Of a stretch of 64,000 nucleotides of DNA, positions 1 through 7,271 are shown in pieces. The position numbers and the translations under genes were made by a program. The stretch lies in sequence record OR062527, one strand, 5' to 3'. A model generated the notes under the pieces. That model worked only from the letters and a program-made list of their open reading frames with translations, did no database searches and was not told the origin of the DNA. The first letter of the stretch is position 1. Each line of letters starts with the position of its first letter. The DNA comes from Escherichia phage vB_EcoM_11B_SA_NWU.

Positions 1-79
1 TCTAAGACCTTCATCTATACGTAACATTTCAAATATATTCATAATACCTCCTAAGTGTTTATAGAAGGTATTTATAAAA

Positions 80-535
80 TTAAAAGAGGTTGTTCATTAT
101 TCGGTAAAGTGAAGGACCCATCACATATTGCCATTGAGTACGAGGAATAAGAGCAAAAGCGTCCATTTCTGGAATCATAACTCCATCTTTATTTTCAAAA
201 TAAGACTCGCAATGGCAATTTCTGAACATCTCATGCTCTACTGGAATCGTATAATAAAATAACTGTAAGTCTTTATTACTAGAATATTTAAATACACCTA
301 GGTCTTCTAGAAGGTCTGGATTATAATTGCTAAAACCGGTCTCTTCTAAGCATTCTCTTTGTGCTGCATCTAATGCGCTTAAATCAGAATTTTCTACGCG
401 GCCCTTTGGAATATCCCAGCGATGTGCCATCATTCCAGGCTTACGAGAACCAGTAACCCGACCCATAAATAAATCTTTATCTTCTGTCATAAAGATAATA
501 CCAGCTGATAGTGTTTTCATTTTAATTTCCTGCAT
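80..535 (-). CDS. nudE: Nudix hydrolase NudE (T4 e.1-like); likely true start at ATG 520 (SD AGGAAA)
   Basis: Nudix box ...AAQRECLEETGF... (REx2EE); 151/146 aa; position at start of e-region. Confidence 0.85.
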   Translation of the reverse strand: MQEIKMKTLSAGIIFMTEDKDLFMGRVTGSRKPGMMAHRWDIPKGRVENSDLSALDAAQRECLEETGFSNYNPDLLEDLGVFKYSSNKDLQLFYYTIPVEHEMFRNCHCESYFENKDGVMIPEMDAFALIPRTQWQYVMGPSLYRIMNNLF

Positions 536-1005
536 TCAGTGATAAAGTTATTTAAATTTTGAATATATTTCTTTTCATCAAAAATCTTTTGTTGTCTGCG
601 TAGCCGCCATGGCATTTCAATGAACGTGTACCATATCCCAGATAATATTGCTGCAGTAAAAATATTAACAAGTATGGTTAAAAGAATCCAATCTCCTATT
701 CTGTCCATTGGATTTTTTATAAAAAAGTAAAATATGAATGATGTCACAGGAAGACTAATAATATACCATAGAATCATAATTTTATCTGTGAACCAATCAG
801 CGTTCGTTAACTTAGCGCGACCATTATGAATACATACGAATTTATCATCTGTTATAATAGATGGCTTAGCTGCTTGATATCCCATTCTAAACTCCCTAAT
901 CAACAAATTTTTCATATCTTCGGAACAACCATTCCAGTCAACTCTATCAACTGAAATGCCATCATCCCCATCATCTAAATCATACCAGCGAGTTTTTAAA
1001 ATCAT
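517..1005 (-). CDS. small membrane protein (e.x early region), 162 aa, 2 predicted TM helices
   Basis: ORF with hydrophobic helices; stop overlaps nudE start; C-terminus ...FITECRKLK encodes SD of next gene. Confidence 0.6.
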   Translation of the reverse strand: MILKTRWYDLDDGDDGISVDRVDWNGCSEDMKNLLIREFRMGYQAAKPSIITDDKFVCIHNGRAKLTNADWFTDKIMILWYIISLPVTSFIFYFFIKNPMDRIGDWILLTILVNIFTAAILSGIWYTFIEMPWRLRRQQKIFDEKKYIQNLNNFITECRKLK

Positions 1006-1364
1006 TTAATTTTCCTACAATCACTCACAAACTCTTCCATTGATTCTTTTTCAATATAAGACATGTAGCTATTATATTCCTTTAATTGTATTTTGTAATC
1101 TTTTTTTCTTTGCCAATTTATTTTAAAATTATCATAATGAAAATATAACATAGTACCAAAGAATGAAAATAATGAAATCGCTATAGTATAATGAAGTTCA
1201 CTCCAAACCTCTGTTATAATTACTGTGCCGTCAATGTTTAAAATAAAACAGTCAATTAACAATCCAATAAGACTACCAGCAAGAGCTGCAAATACTGATA
1301 CGGCAAGAATTAACAGTGCCTCAGGAAACGAATATTTAACTTTATTTAGTTTTGGCTTTTGCAT
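1002..1364 (-). CDS. small membrane protein, 120 aa, paralog-like of neighbours
   Basis: TM helices; ATGA start/stop overlap with downstream gene; C-terminus ...FVSDCRKIK. Confidence 0.6.
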   Translation of the reverse strand: MQKPKLNKVKYSFPEALLILAVSVFAALAGSLIGLLIDCFILNIDGTVIITEVWSELHYTIAISLFSFFGTMLYFHYDNFKINWQRKKDYKIQLKEYNSYMSYIEKESMEEFVSDCRKIK

Positions 1365-1738
1365 CGTGATTCCTTAACAAATTTCATAATTTCATCAAAT
1401 TCATACATATCTAATTTAAGCTGATGTTCCTTTTTAATCTTTTTACACTGAGCTTTCCAATCACGTACACGTTTACGATAGTGTCTTCCTTGATACCAAT
1501 ATCCTATCCAATTTATAGGTACTAATAAAAGCGGAACTACTAATGGAAGAATTAATACTAACAAAAATACTGCGTCTGATTCAATATCAGTAGTAACATC
1601 TATAACTATTCCAATAATCATTAGGACTACAAATGATATAGCTGTCACAGGACCTATTAATATATCAGTAGGAATTAGCTGGCGCTTTAATTCATACTTC
1701 ACAGGTTTACTTGGAAGGTATAGTGATGGCTTTGACAT
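1346..1738 (-). CDS. small membrane protein, about 130 aa (ORF-track start at 1759 is TTG; ATG at 1738 preferred)
   Basis: TM helices; SD AAGGAA upstream of ATG; C-terminus ...FVKESRCKSQN. Confidence 0.55.
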   Translation of the reverse strand: MSKPSLYLPSKPVKYELKRQLIPTDILIGPVTAISFVVLMIIGIVIDVTTDIESDAVFLLVLILPLVVPLLLVPINWIGYWYQGRHYRKRVRDWKAQCKKIKKEHQLKLDMYEFDEIMKFVKESRCKSQN

Positions 1739-2240
1739 ATTCTCTACATTCCTTAACAAATTTTTCTAATAATAAATCGCTTTCAAAATTGGGATTTTCC
1801 ACGAATTTATCAAAAAGATCATCAACAATAGTCAAGATATTCTTTTTACTAAGAATACGTTTATTTTCATGTTTTGTTTCAGAGTCAACTATAAGAGTAA
1901 AGAAATATTTCTTGCCCTGAAATTTTACAGTAGTATCAATATAGAATAAATTTGACTTTTGTAAATTACGTTTAAACCATGCATCACTTAAACTATAAAC
2001 GCCAAGATAATCATAATCGTCGTTTAAATAACAGACCGTCCATTCAGGAGAAACAAAATCAGTAAATTCAACGTCAAAATCGCATGTTAATAAATGAATT
2101 GATTCAATACTGTTAATAAGTATTCCAGGACGTATTAAAGACTTTTTACCTCTAGAAAATCTTCCAGAAAGACTTTCATCAGTTTCATATGAAGAACCCC
2201 CAATAATAATTACGTCCTTCTGCCATACGTTTAAGAGCAT
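1707..2240 (-). CDS. hypothetical protein 177 aa
   Basis: long ORF, single Met; no clear SD; overlapped at 5' end by a 46-aa ORF with strong SD. Confidence 0.5.
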   Translation of the reverse strand: MLLNVWQKDVIIIGGSSYETDESLSGRFSRGKKSLIRPGILINSIESIHLLTCDFDVEFTDFVSPEWTVCYLNDDYDYLGVYSLSDAWFKRNLQKSNLFYIDTTVKFQGKKYFFTLIVDSETKHENKRILSKKNILTIVDDLFDKFVENPNFESDLLLEKFVKECREYVKAITIPSK

Positions 2241-2322
2241 TTAATAATTGGTCTGGAACATCAACCTGTCTTTGGAACTCTTCAAACATTGAATTGAAAT
2301 CACTTTGCATTTTCATTTTCAT
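2182..2322 (-). CDS. small ORF 46 aa (MKMKMQSDF...) overlapping start of the 177-aa gene
   Basis: strong SD (TAGGAAT) before ATG; different frame from 1707..2240. Confidence 0.3.
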
Positions 2323-2363
2323 TCCTACTTACTCCAAGTAATAGGGGCCGAAGCCCCTTATCA

Positions 2364-2957
2364 TTATTTCAGAGAATTAATATATTCCTGAACATCGGCA
2401 GAGGTAGTTTCAACCCCAGAAATATTACCATTAAAGGTTTCAACTCGAGCAAGAGTATCTTCAATATCAACCTTAGTCAGTGCTGCAATTTCAACTACAT
2501 CATCAGCAGTACTAATTCCAAGGGCATTCGCGGCGCGAGTTTCACGAATATATTCCAATTTAACTGCAAGTTCTTGGCGAGCATCATCTAACTCAACTAC
2601 TTTCTTGGCAATTTCAATTCGCATTTCAGCATAACCATCAGCTTTAGTAGTCAACTGCTCAGCTGTTCGACGATATAGTAAACCGAGTTTAGCATGCATT
2701 GTTACATCTTGACCTTCAGAAAGAAGCTTGCGAATTTCGCGCTCTTTTGATTCGGCCTGCTTATTCTTTTCGACAATAAGTTCACGAATACGCTTTTCTT
2801 CGTTAATAGATTTAATGGAAGCAGTTTTTAGGTCTTTAATCTTATCAAGTAGTTTTGCTGCTGCAGCAGTATACTGTTCTTCAACAGATAGATTTTTAGC
2901 CATAGCAGAACCAAGTTTAGTGCGAATAAACTCAACAATTTTCTTCAGTGTGTTCAT
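2364..2957 (-). CDS. coiled-coil protein 197 aa, function unknown
   Basis: heptad-rich helical sequence; SD AAGGAAAT before ATG; early promoter and stem-loop upstream. Confidence 0.6.
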   Translation of the reverse strand: MNTLKKIVEFIRTKLGSAMAKNLSVEEQYTAAAAKLLDKIKDLKTASIKSINEEKRIRELIVEKNKQAESKEREIRKLLSEGQDVTMHAKLGLLYRRTAEQLTTKADGYAEMRIEIAKKVVELDDARQELAVKLEYIRETRAANALGISTADDVVEIAALTKVDIEDTLARVETFNGNISGVETTSADVQEYINSLK

Positions 2958-3029
2958 AGTATTTCCTTAGGTTAATTAAGATTTAAAATCTGTGAGAGTA
3001 TTAGTATTATACTCTATCCTCAAGTTATA

Positions 3030-3064
3030 GGCTCATAATATCTCAATCATGAGCCTATGTAAAC
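3030..3064 (-). promoter_or_regulatory. early promoter GTTTAC-18-TATTAT overlapped by stem-loop (PeSL-like)
   Basis: -35 GTTTAC, 18-nt spacer, -10 TATTAT; inverted repeat AGGCTCAT/ATGAGCCT. Confidence 0.55.
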
Positions 3065-3340
3065 TTATTTCATATTATTGAAATATTCTTCTGCAATTTC
3101 GTCGTTATCATGATAAACTTTAGAAGACAGTTTAACATAACCTTCAGCAGTGAACATGTTAATCACAACCTTTACAGTATACCACTGACCGTCTTCATTA
3201 CCCATTACTGCATAAGTTTCAAACATCGGATGATCAGGACCGATAACTTTAATATCATTCACTGTACGACCAAAATCTTCTGAAACACATTTCATAAAGA
3301 AGTTGAACAGTTCGCCGTAATTATCCATTTCATTCTCCAA
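3065..3340 (-). CDS. hypothetical protein 91 aa
   Basis: ORF preceded by early promoter GTTTAC-18-TACTAT and SD GGAGAA. Confidence 0.55.
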   Translation of the reverse strand: MENEMDNYGELFNFFMKCVSEDFGRTVNDIKVIGPDHPMFETYAVMGNEDGQWYTVKVVINMFTAEGYVKLSSKVYHDNDEIAEEYFNNMK

Positions 3341-3365
3341 GTTGTTTTCTGTATCAGTAGTTGAT

Positions 3366-3401
3366 AGTTGTATAGTACCACGGAAGAACAGGGATGTAAA
3401 C
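3366..3401 (-). promoter_or_regulatory. early promoter GTTTAC-18-TACTAT
   Basis: shares flanks TTCACAAA..GTTTACAT and CTATCAACTACTGA with copy at 7478. Confidence 0.55.
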
Positions 3402-3532
3402 AGTTTTGTGAAAAAATTTTTAAAAATTTTTAGGAAATTCTAGGGCAGGGAGGGGCAATTAAAAGATAGGATAATATATTATAAAGGGTAGAAACTAAAT
3501 GATGCCTAGAGAGGCCCGGAAAGGCCTAGATA

Positions 3533-3561
3533 CCAAAAAGCCCCAACCTTTTGGTCGGGGC
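3533..3561 (-). terminator. intrinsic terminator hairpin, copy A (downstream of CTS-protein gene)
   Basis: 9-bp GC stem GCCCCGACC/GGUUGGGGC, 4-nt loop, U-run. Confidence 0.7.
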
Positions 3562-3569
3562 TAAGAATG

Positions 3570-4043
3570 TTATTTGATTTGTTTAGCAGACCAAATGCGG
3601 TCTTTAATAATTTTTTGGATGTCTTCAACATACTCAAGAGAGTGAACATGTGGATTATCTTTGAAACTATAAGCACGGGCTAACTTTTGGCCTTCGGTTT
3701 TGATTACTAAAAGCTCTTTAAGGATAGCTTCATATTTAGAGATAATTCCTTTAACGATATTTTTTTCTTGTGCAGCTTTAGGATCTGCTTTAGGAGCAGG
3801 TTTACCCGAAGCCTTTGCAAAAGCAGCGCCAGTAGCAACTAAACTTTTCCAGGCCATACTAACTGCATTTCCCGTAAATCCTTCTGCTTTCATGTCGCGA
3901 GCAAATTGGAATCGTGATTCGTCAGAAGCATCTTTATAGGAATATTTACCCGCTGCAATGGCTGCTTTTGCAACAGCTTGAATTTCGGTGCTAGATGCTT
4001 CATTTAACACCGCTTCATTTAAAAATTGAGCATATGATTTCAT
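3570..4043 (-). CDS. internal-protein-like capsid-targeted protein, 157 aa (ORF-track N-terminal extension to 4208 rejected)
   Basis: N-terminus MKSYAQFLNE-AVLNE resembles T4 internal-protein CTS with LxE protease sites; Ala/Lys-rich basic body; SD AGGAAATAAG; late promoter TATAAATA upstream. Confidence 0.6.
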   Translation of the reverse strand: MKSYAQFLNEAVLNEASSTEIQAVAKAAIAAGKYSYKDASDESRFQFARDMKAEGFTGNAVSMAWKSLVATGAAFAKASGKPAPKADPKAAQEKNIVKGIISKYEAILKELLVIKTEGQKLARAYSFKDNPHVHSLEYVEDIQKIIKDRIWSAKQIK

Positions 4044-4083
4044 CTTATTTCCTGTTTTAATTCGTGGATTTAATATACTACTA

Positions 4084-4091
4084 TATTTATA
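4084..4091 (-). promoter_or_regulatory. late promoter TATAAATA for CTS-protein gene
   Basis: exact TATAAATA on minus strand 41 nt upstream of ATG. Confidence 0.55.
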
Positions 4092-4120
4092 CCAAAAAGC
4101 CCCAACCTTTCGGTCGGGGC
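4092..4120 (-). terminator. intrinsic terminator hairpin, copy B (near-identical to copy A)
   Basis: same stem, GAAA loop, U-run; 35 of 36 nt identical to copy A. Confidence 0.7.
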
Positions 4121-4164
4121 TAAGCCTTGCGGCAACCTTGTCGGGGTTCCACCTGCTAAGGCAA

Positions 4165-4330
4165 GTGTTTGTACGAAACGCCGGGATTCGAACCCGGTTA
4201 TCAAGCAATTGACGCTACTCAATATTTTTAAAAGGCCATATCTCGACCATATCCGAACGTTCCGTCAAAAACGCTACTCGGCTTACGGCAAAGATATTTC
4301 CTCGAATCGATAATTCGGTGCGCCGTTTCT
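4165..4330 (-). ncRNA. tRNA-like stable RNA(s), T4 species 1/2 RNA-like
   Basis: T-arm GGTTCGAATCC and acceptor-like 3' end but too long for one canonical tRNA; internal repeat GAGUAGCGU. Confidence 0.35.
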
Positions 4331-4432
4331 GCTGTGATATAAGGGGGCATTAACAAAACATAAAGATTTATTAATGCCAGTCCTTAAACAGGGAACATCA
4401 GTCCGACGACTTACCGGTAGCGACCCGGTTTC

Positions 4433-4783
4433 TTAATATTCTTTTAAAGCATCAATTTGTTCACGGCGTAAACGCCATAAATCAATTGCTTCATAAGCAG
4501 ATTCAACATTTCGAATTAGCCGACATTTATGTAAAGACTTATGATTTTGATATTGTGTAGATAACGGAATTTTATCTAAAAGGTCTTTACGTTCAAAGTA
4601 TTCGTAACCATCTAAGCCAAATGAACGATTTTTGAGAAATTGCCAATGACCAAATTCGTTTTCGACATAAACATAATCTGCATGCTGATAAAGCAAATTA
4701 ATTACACGTTCAGAAATAACAGTATCATTATGATTAAAATAGAATGTTAAATCATGAACTACTAAATAAACATTACCTTTCAT
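4433..4783 (-). CDS. hypothetical protein 116 aa inside tRNA region
   Basis: ORF with SD GAGGAAAA; starts right after tRNA-Arg 3' end. Confidence 0.5.
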   Translation of the reverse strand: MKGNVYLVVHDLTFYFNHNDTVISERVINLLYQHADYVYVENEFGHWQFLKNRSFGLDGYEYFERKDLLDKIPLSTQYQNHKSLHKCRLIRNVESAYEAIDLWRLRREQIDALKEY

Positions 4784-4801
4784 ATTTTCCTCACTTATAA
4801 T

Positions 4802-4877
4802 TGGTCGAGGCAGTAGGGATCGAACCTACGACCCAGGACTTAGAAGGTCCTTGCTCTTCCTTCTGAGCTATGCCCCG
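4802..4877 (-). tRNA. tRNA-Arg (anticodon UCU)
   Basis: manual fold: 7-bp acceptor, D and T arms, anticodon loop CUUCUAA, encoded CCA. Confidence 0.8.
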
Positions 4878-4880
4878 TAA

Positions 4881-5531
4881 TTAAAATTTCATTTTTCGAC
4901 CTTTAAACCATCCTTCTGGAATTGGGTCAGTTTTCTTAATACGTTTAGAAACTTTTTCATCTAATGAATGAATCCACATGGTTCCAAACTGAGAATTGTA
5001 TTTTCCAGAAGAATTAATCTTGGCTGAATCAGATATTTTCTTTTTCGTTTCTTTGTTATGTAGTTTACCTAAAAATCCAAAAGTTGGTTTTCTTATTCCA
5101 TTTTCCCATTGAATTTTCATAGATTCAGAAACTTTTTGCGATACCTTCGAATAGTCTCTTCTTAAGTTAGATTCTCTTACTCCAGATGAACAAATTGATG
5201 CAAAATTTGGACTATTACAAATATGATCCCAACCGCCTTCGCCACCAATCTTAAGATTATAAACGTTGCCTTTTAAAAATTCTTCTGTTACAATTTCAAG
5301 CTCTTTTGCGTACATTTCTTTAGCAGAAGAAAATTCATACAAAATTTCTTTTGTGAAATTATTTATTCCATACTTAGCAATTGCTCTTTTTATTCTTTTA
5401 CCAGAACCCATATAACCATCATTTATATTAGATGTTTTATGAGCTCCAACATAAACAGTTCCATTGATTAAATTAGTTATTTTATAAATCAGATAATGCA
5501 TATCTCCTCCATAGTTGAGATTATTATACAT
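4881..5531 (-). CDS. segB: GIY-YIG homing endonuclease (SegB-like)
   Basis: N-terminal HYLIYKITNLINGTVYVGAHK...DGYMGSG GIY-YIG module; embedded in tRNA cluster as in T4. Confidence 0.75.
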   Translation of the reverse strand: MYNNLNYGGDMHYLIYKITNLINGTVYVGAHKTSNINDGYMGSGKRIKRAIAKYGINNFTKEILYEFSSAKEMYAKELEIVTEEFLKGNVYNLKIGGEGGWDHICNSPNFASICSSGVRESNLRRDYSKVSQKVSESMKIQWENGIRKPTFGFLGKLHNKETKKKISDSAKINSSGKYNSQFGTMWIHSLDEKVSKRIKKTDPIPEGWFKGRKMKF

Positions 5532-5558
5532 TATTCCATTCCAATTGTAAACAAAAAA

Positions 5559-5631
5559 GGTGACCGATGGGAGTTGAACCCATGACTACGAGAATCACAA
5601 TCTCGAGTTCTACCAACTGAACTACGGCCAC
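5559..5631 (-). tRNA. tRNA-His (anticodon GUG), no encoded CCA
   Basis: manual fold: acceptor GUGGCCG/CGGUCAC, anticodon loop UUGUGAU, T-loop UUCAACU; non-canonical -1 position. Confidence 0.6.
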
Positions 5632-5745
5632 ATTAATACCTACTCCAACAATCAAGATGTCTTCACACGAAATTAAGAGAAGAGTGATCAGTTCAACCCC
5701 TATAATCGCGTCAAGTAGATATTAATGTGACAGTTGTCACAAATT

Positions 5746-5820
5746 TGGCGGACGTGATAGGATTCGAACCTATAACCAATCGCTTAACAGGCGATCGCTC
5801 TGCCATTGAGCTACACATCC
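5746..5820 (-). tRNA. tRNA-Asn (anticodon GUU)
   Basis: manual fold: acceptor GGAUGUG/CACGUCC, anticodon loop CUGUUAA, CCA encoded. Confidence 0.75.
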
Positions 5821-5824
5821 AAAT

Positions 5825-5911
5825 TGGTGGGGAGTGATGGAGTCGAACCACCCGAGTCGTAATGACAATGAATTTACAGTCCACACCGCTACCTCTACGG
5901 GATAACTCCCC
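5825..5911 (-). tRNA. tRNA-Tyr (anticodon GUA), long variable arm
   Basis: acceptor GGGGAGU/ACUCCCC, anticodon loop CUGUAAA, 87 nt type II. Confidence 0.7.
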
Positions 5912-5920
5912 AAATTAATT

Positions 5921-5995
5921 TGGTGGCCCTGGGTGGAATTGAACCACCATCTGGCGATTATGAGTCGCTTGCTTGAACCTTCCAGCTACAGGGCC
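5921..5995 (-). tRNA. tRNA-Met or Ile2 (anticodon CAU)
   Basis: acceptor GGCCCUG/CAGGGCC, anticodon loop CUCAUAA, CCA encoded. Confidence 0.7.
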
Positions 5996-5996
5996 T

Positions 5997-6072
5997 TGGT
6001 GCTGATTGACGGAATCGAACCGCCGACATCCTCATTACAAGTGAGGTGCTCTACCTACTGAGCTAAATCAGC
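5997..6072 (-). tRNA. tRNA-Thr (anticodon UGU)
   Basis: acceptor GCUGAUU/AAUCAGC, anticodon loop CUUGUAA. Confidence 0.8.
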
Positions 6073-6077
6073 AAAAC

Positions 6078-6167
6078 TGGCGGAGGCGATAGGATTCGAA
6101 CCTATGAGTCGCCGGAGCGACTGCCGGTTTTCAAGACCGGTGCATTCAACCACTCTGCCACGCCTCC
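6078..6167 (-). tRNA. tRNA-Ser (anticodon UGA), type II
   Basis: acceptor GGAGGCG/CGCCUCC, anticodon loop CUUGAAA, long variable arm. Confidence 0.8.
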
Positions 6168-6169
6168 AG

Positions 6170-6243
6170 TCTCCATACAAGGATTTGAACCTTGGACCTC
6201 CTGATCCCAAATCAGGCGCTCTACCAAACTGAGCTACACGGAG
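6170..6243 (-). tRNA. tRNA-Pro (anticodon UGG), no encoded CCA
   Basis: acceptor CUCCGUG/UAUGGAG, anticodon loop UUUGGGA; abuts tRNA-Ser. Confidence 0.75.
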
Positions 6244-6253
6244 TAAATTAAAT

Positions 6254-6327
<74 letters not shown>

Positions 6328-6332
6328 AAATT

Positions 6333-6419
6333 TGGTGCGAGAAGTGGGACTCGAACCCACAAGGAAATCATTCCGCAGCATTTTAAGTGCTGTGCCTTTA
6401 CCAATTTGACCATTCTCGC
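6333..6419 (-). tRNA. tRNA-Leu (anticodon UAA), type II
   Basis: acceptor GCGAGAA/UUCUCGC, anticodon loop CUUAAAA. Confidence 0.8.
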
Positions 6420-6420
6420 G

Positions 6421-6493
6421 CTGGGAATAAAGGATTCGAACCTTTGCATCCTGGAATCAAAATCCAGTGCCTTACCAACTTGGCTAATTCCCA
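6421..6493 (-). tRNA. tRNA-Gln (anticodon UUG), no encoded CCA
   Basis: acceptor UGGGAAU/AUUCCCA, anticodon loop UUUUGAU. Confidence 0.75.
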
Positions 6494-6590
6494 ATTATTA
6501 ACAAAGGCTCTTTAGCAAGAACCCTTGATGATAGAGGGTATTAATCAGTGCGGTATGAGTTAATAATAACAAATAATTCTTAAAGCATAT

Positions 6591-6878
6591 TTACCATTTA
6601 TGATAATACATATTTACGATGCATTCAAGGCCCAAAGGATTCCTGAAAATATCATATTCAAGAGGACCTTTTTCTGTTTCAATAAAGAAATCAAAATTTA
6701 CTGTATTAAATTTACGGTCTTCCTTCACTAATTTAACTTGAGAAGATGAACGGTCAACATAAACCTTTTCAACTTCAAAACATGTTAAAACGCCATAATC
6801 ATCAATCAAGGCTTTAGCCGCGTCTTGATCATATTTATATCCATTTTCAATGGACGATACTTTAGCATAAAGAATCAT
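6591..6878 (-). CDS. hypothetical protein 95 aa (hypervariable locus between tRNAs and 57B)
   Basis: ORF in operon with two upstream small ORFs; no recognisable motif. Confidence 0.5.
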   Translation of the reverse strand: MILYAKVSSIENGYKYDQDAAKALIDDYGVLTCFEVEKVYVDRSSSQVKLVKEDRKFNTVNFDFFIETEKGPLEYDIFRNPLGLECIVNMYYHKW

Positions 6879-6881
6879 TAT

Positions 6882-7271
6882 TTACCCTTCATCAACAATA
6901 GTATGAGTGTGGGCATTTACAATTTGCCACCAATCAAAGCGATTAGAACCATACATCGGTTTGTTTTCATTTTCTTTGATAATATCACGAAGTTCATCTT
7001 CAGTAGCGGCTTTCGCGATTAAATCAGCATATCCACCACGAGGATAATAATTATCACCTGCAAAAAGTAAAAAGTTTGGTTTAATGTTATTGAACTCTTC
7101 AAGAGTAATAACTGTTCCACCAGGTTGAACAATCTCTACATATTTATATCCTAATTTTTGAGCAGCATCTACTGCTTCAAGCAGGGTATCATGAGCCCAT
7201 CCAATTTGGCAATCTGGCTTTTCAGATGGATTAGCCTGATAATCCGCGTACACTTTATACATTCTATTCAC
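6882..7271 (-). CDS. hypothetical protein 129 aa
   Basis: ORF, start overlaps stop of upstream 61-aa ORF. Confidence 0.5.
   Translation of the reverse strand: MNRMYKVYADYQANPSEKPDCQIGWAHDTLLEAVDAAQKLGYKYVEIVQPGGTVITLEEFNNIKPNFLLFAGDNYYPRGGYADLIAKAATEDELRDIIKENENKPMYGSNRFDWWQIVNAHTHTIVDEG

Noticed and set aside
517-2240. (E/D)CRK read as a functional protein motif shared by four proteins
   Set aside because: The conservation is better explained at nucleotide level as the Shine-Dalgarno and start region of the overlapping downstream gene, though the tails may also be homologous.
2364-2957. Assignment of the 197-aa coiled-coil protein to the PspA/IM30 family
   Set aside because: Only general coiled-coil character is visible; no family-specific motif could be aligned by eye, so the call is left as unknown.
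3570-4208. 212-aa version of the CTS-protein ORF
   Set aside because: The N-terminal 55 codons run through the upstream terminator and late promoter; the ATG at 4043 with SD AGGAAATAAG is the real start.
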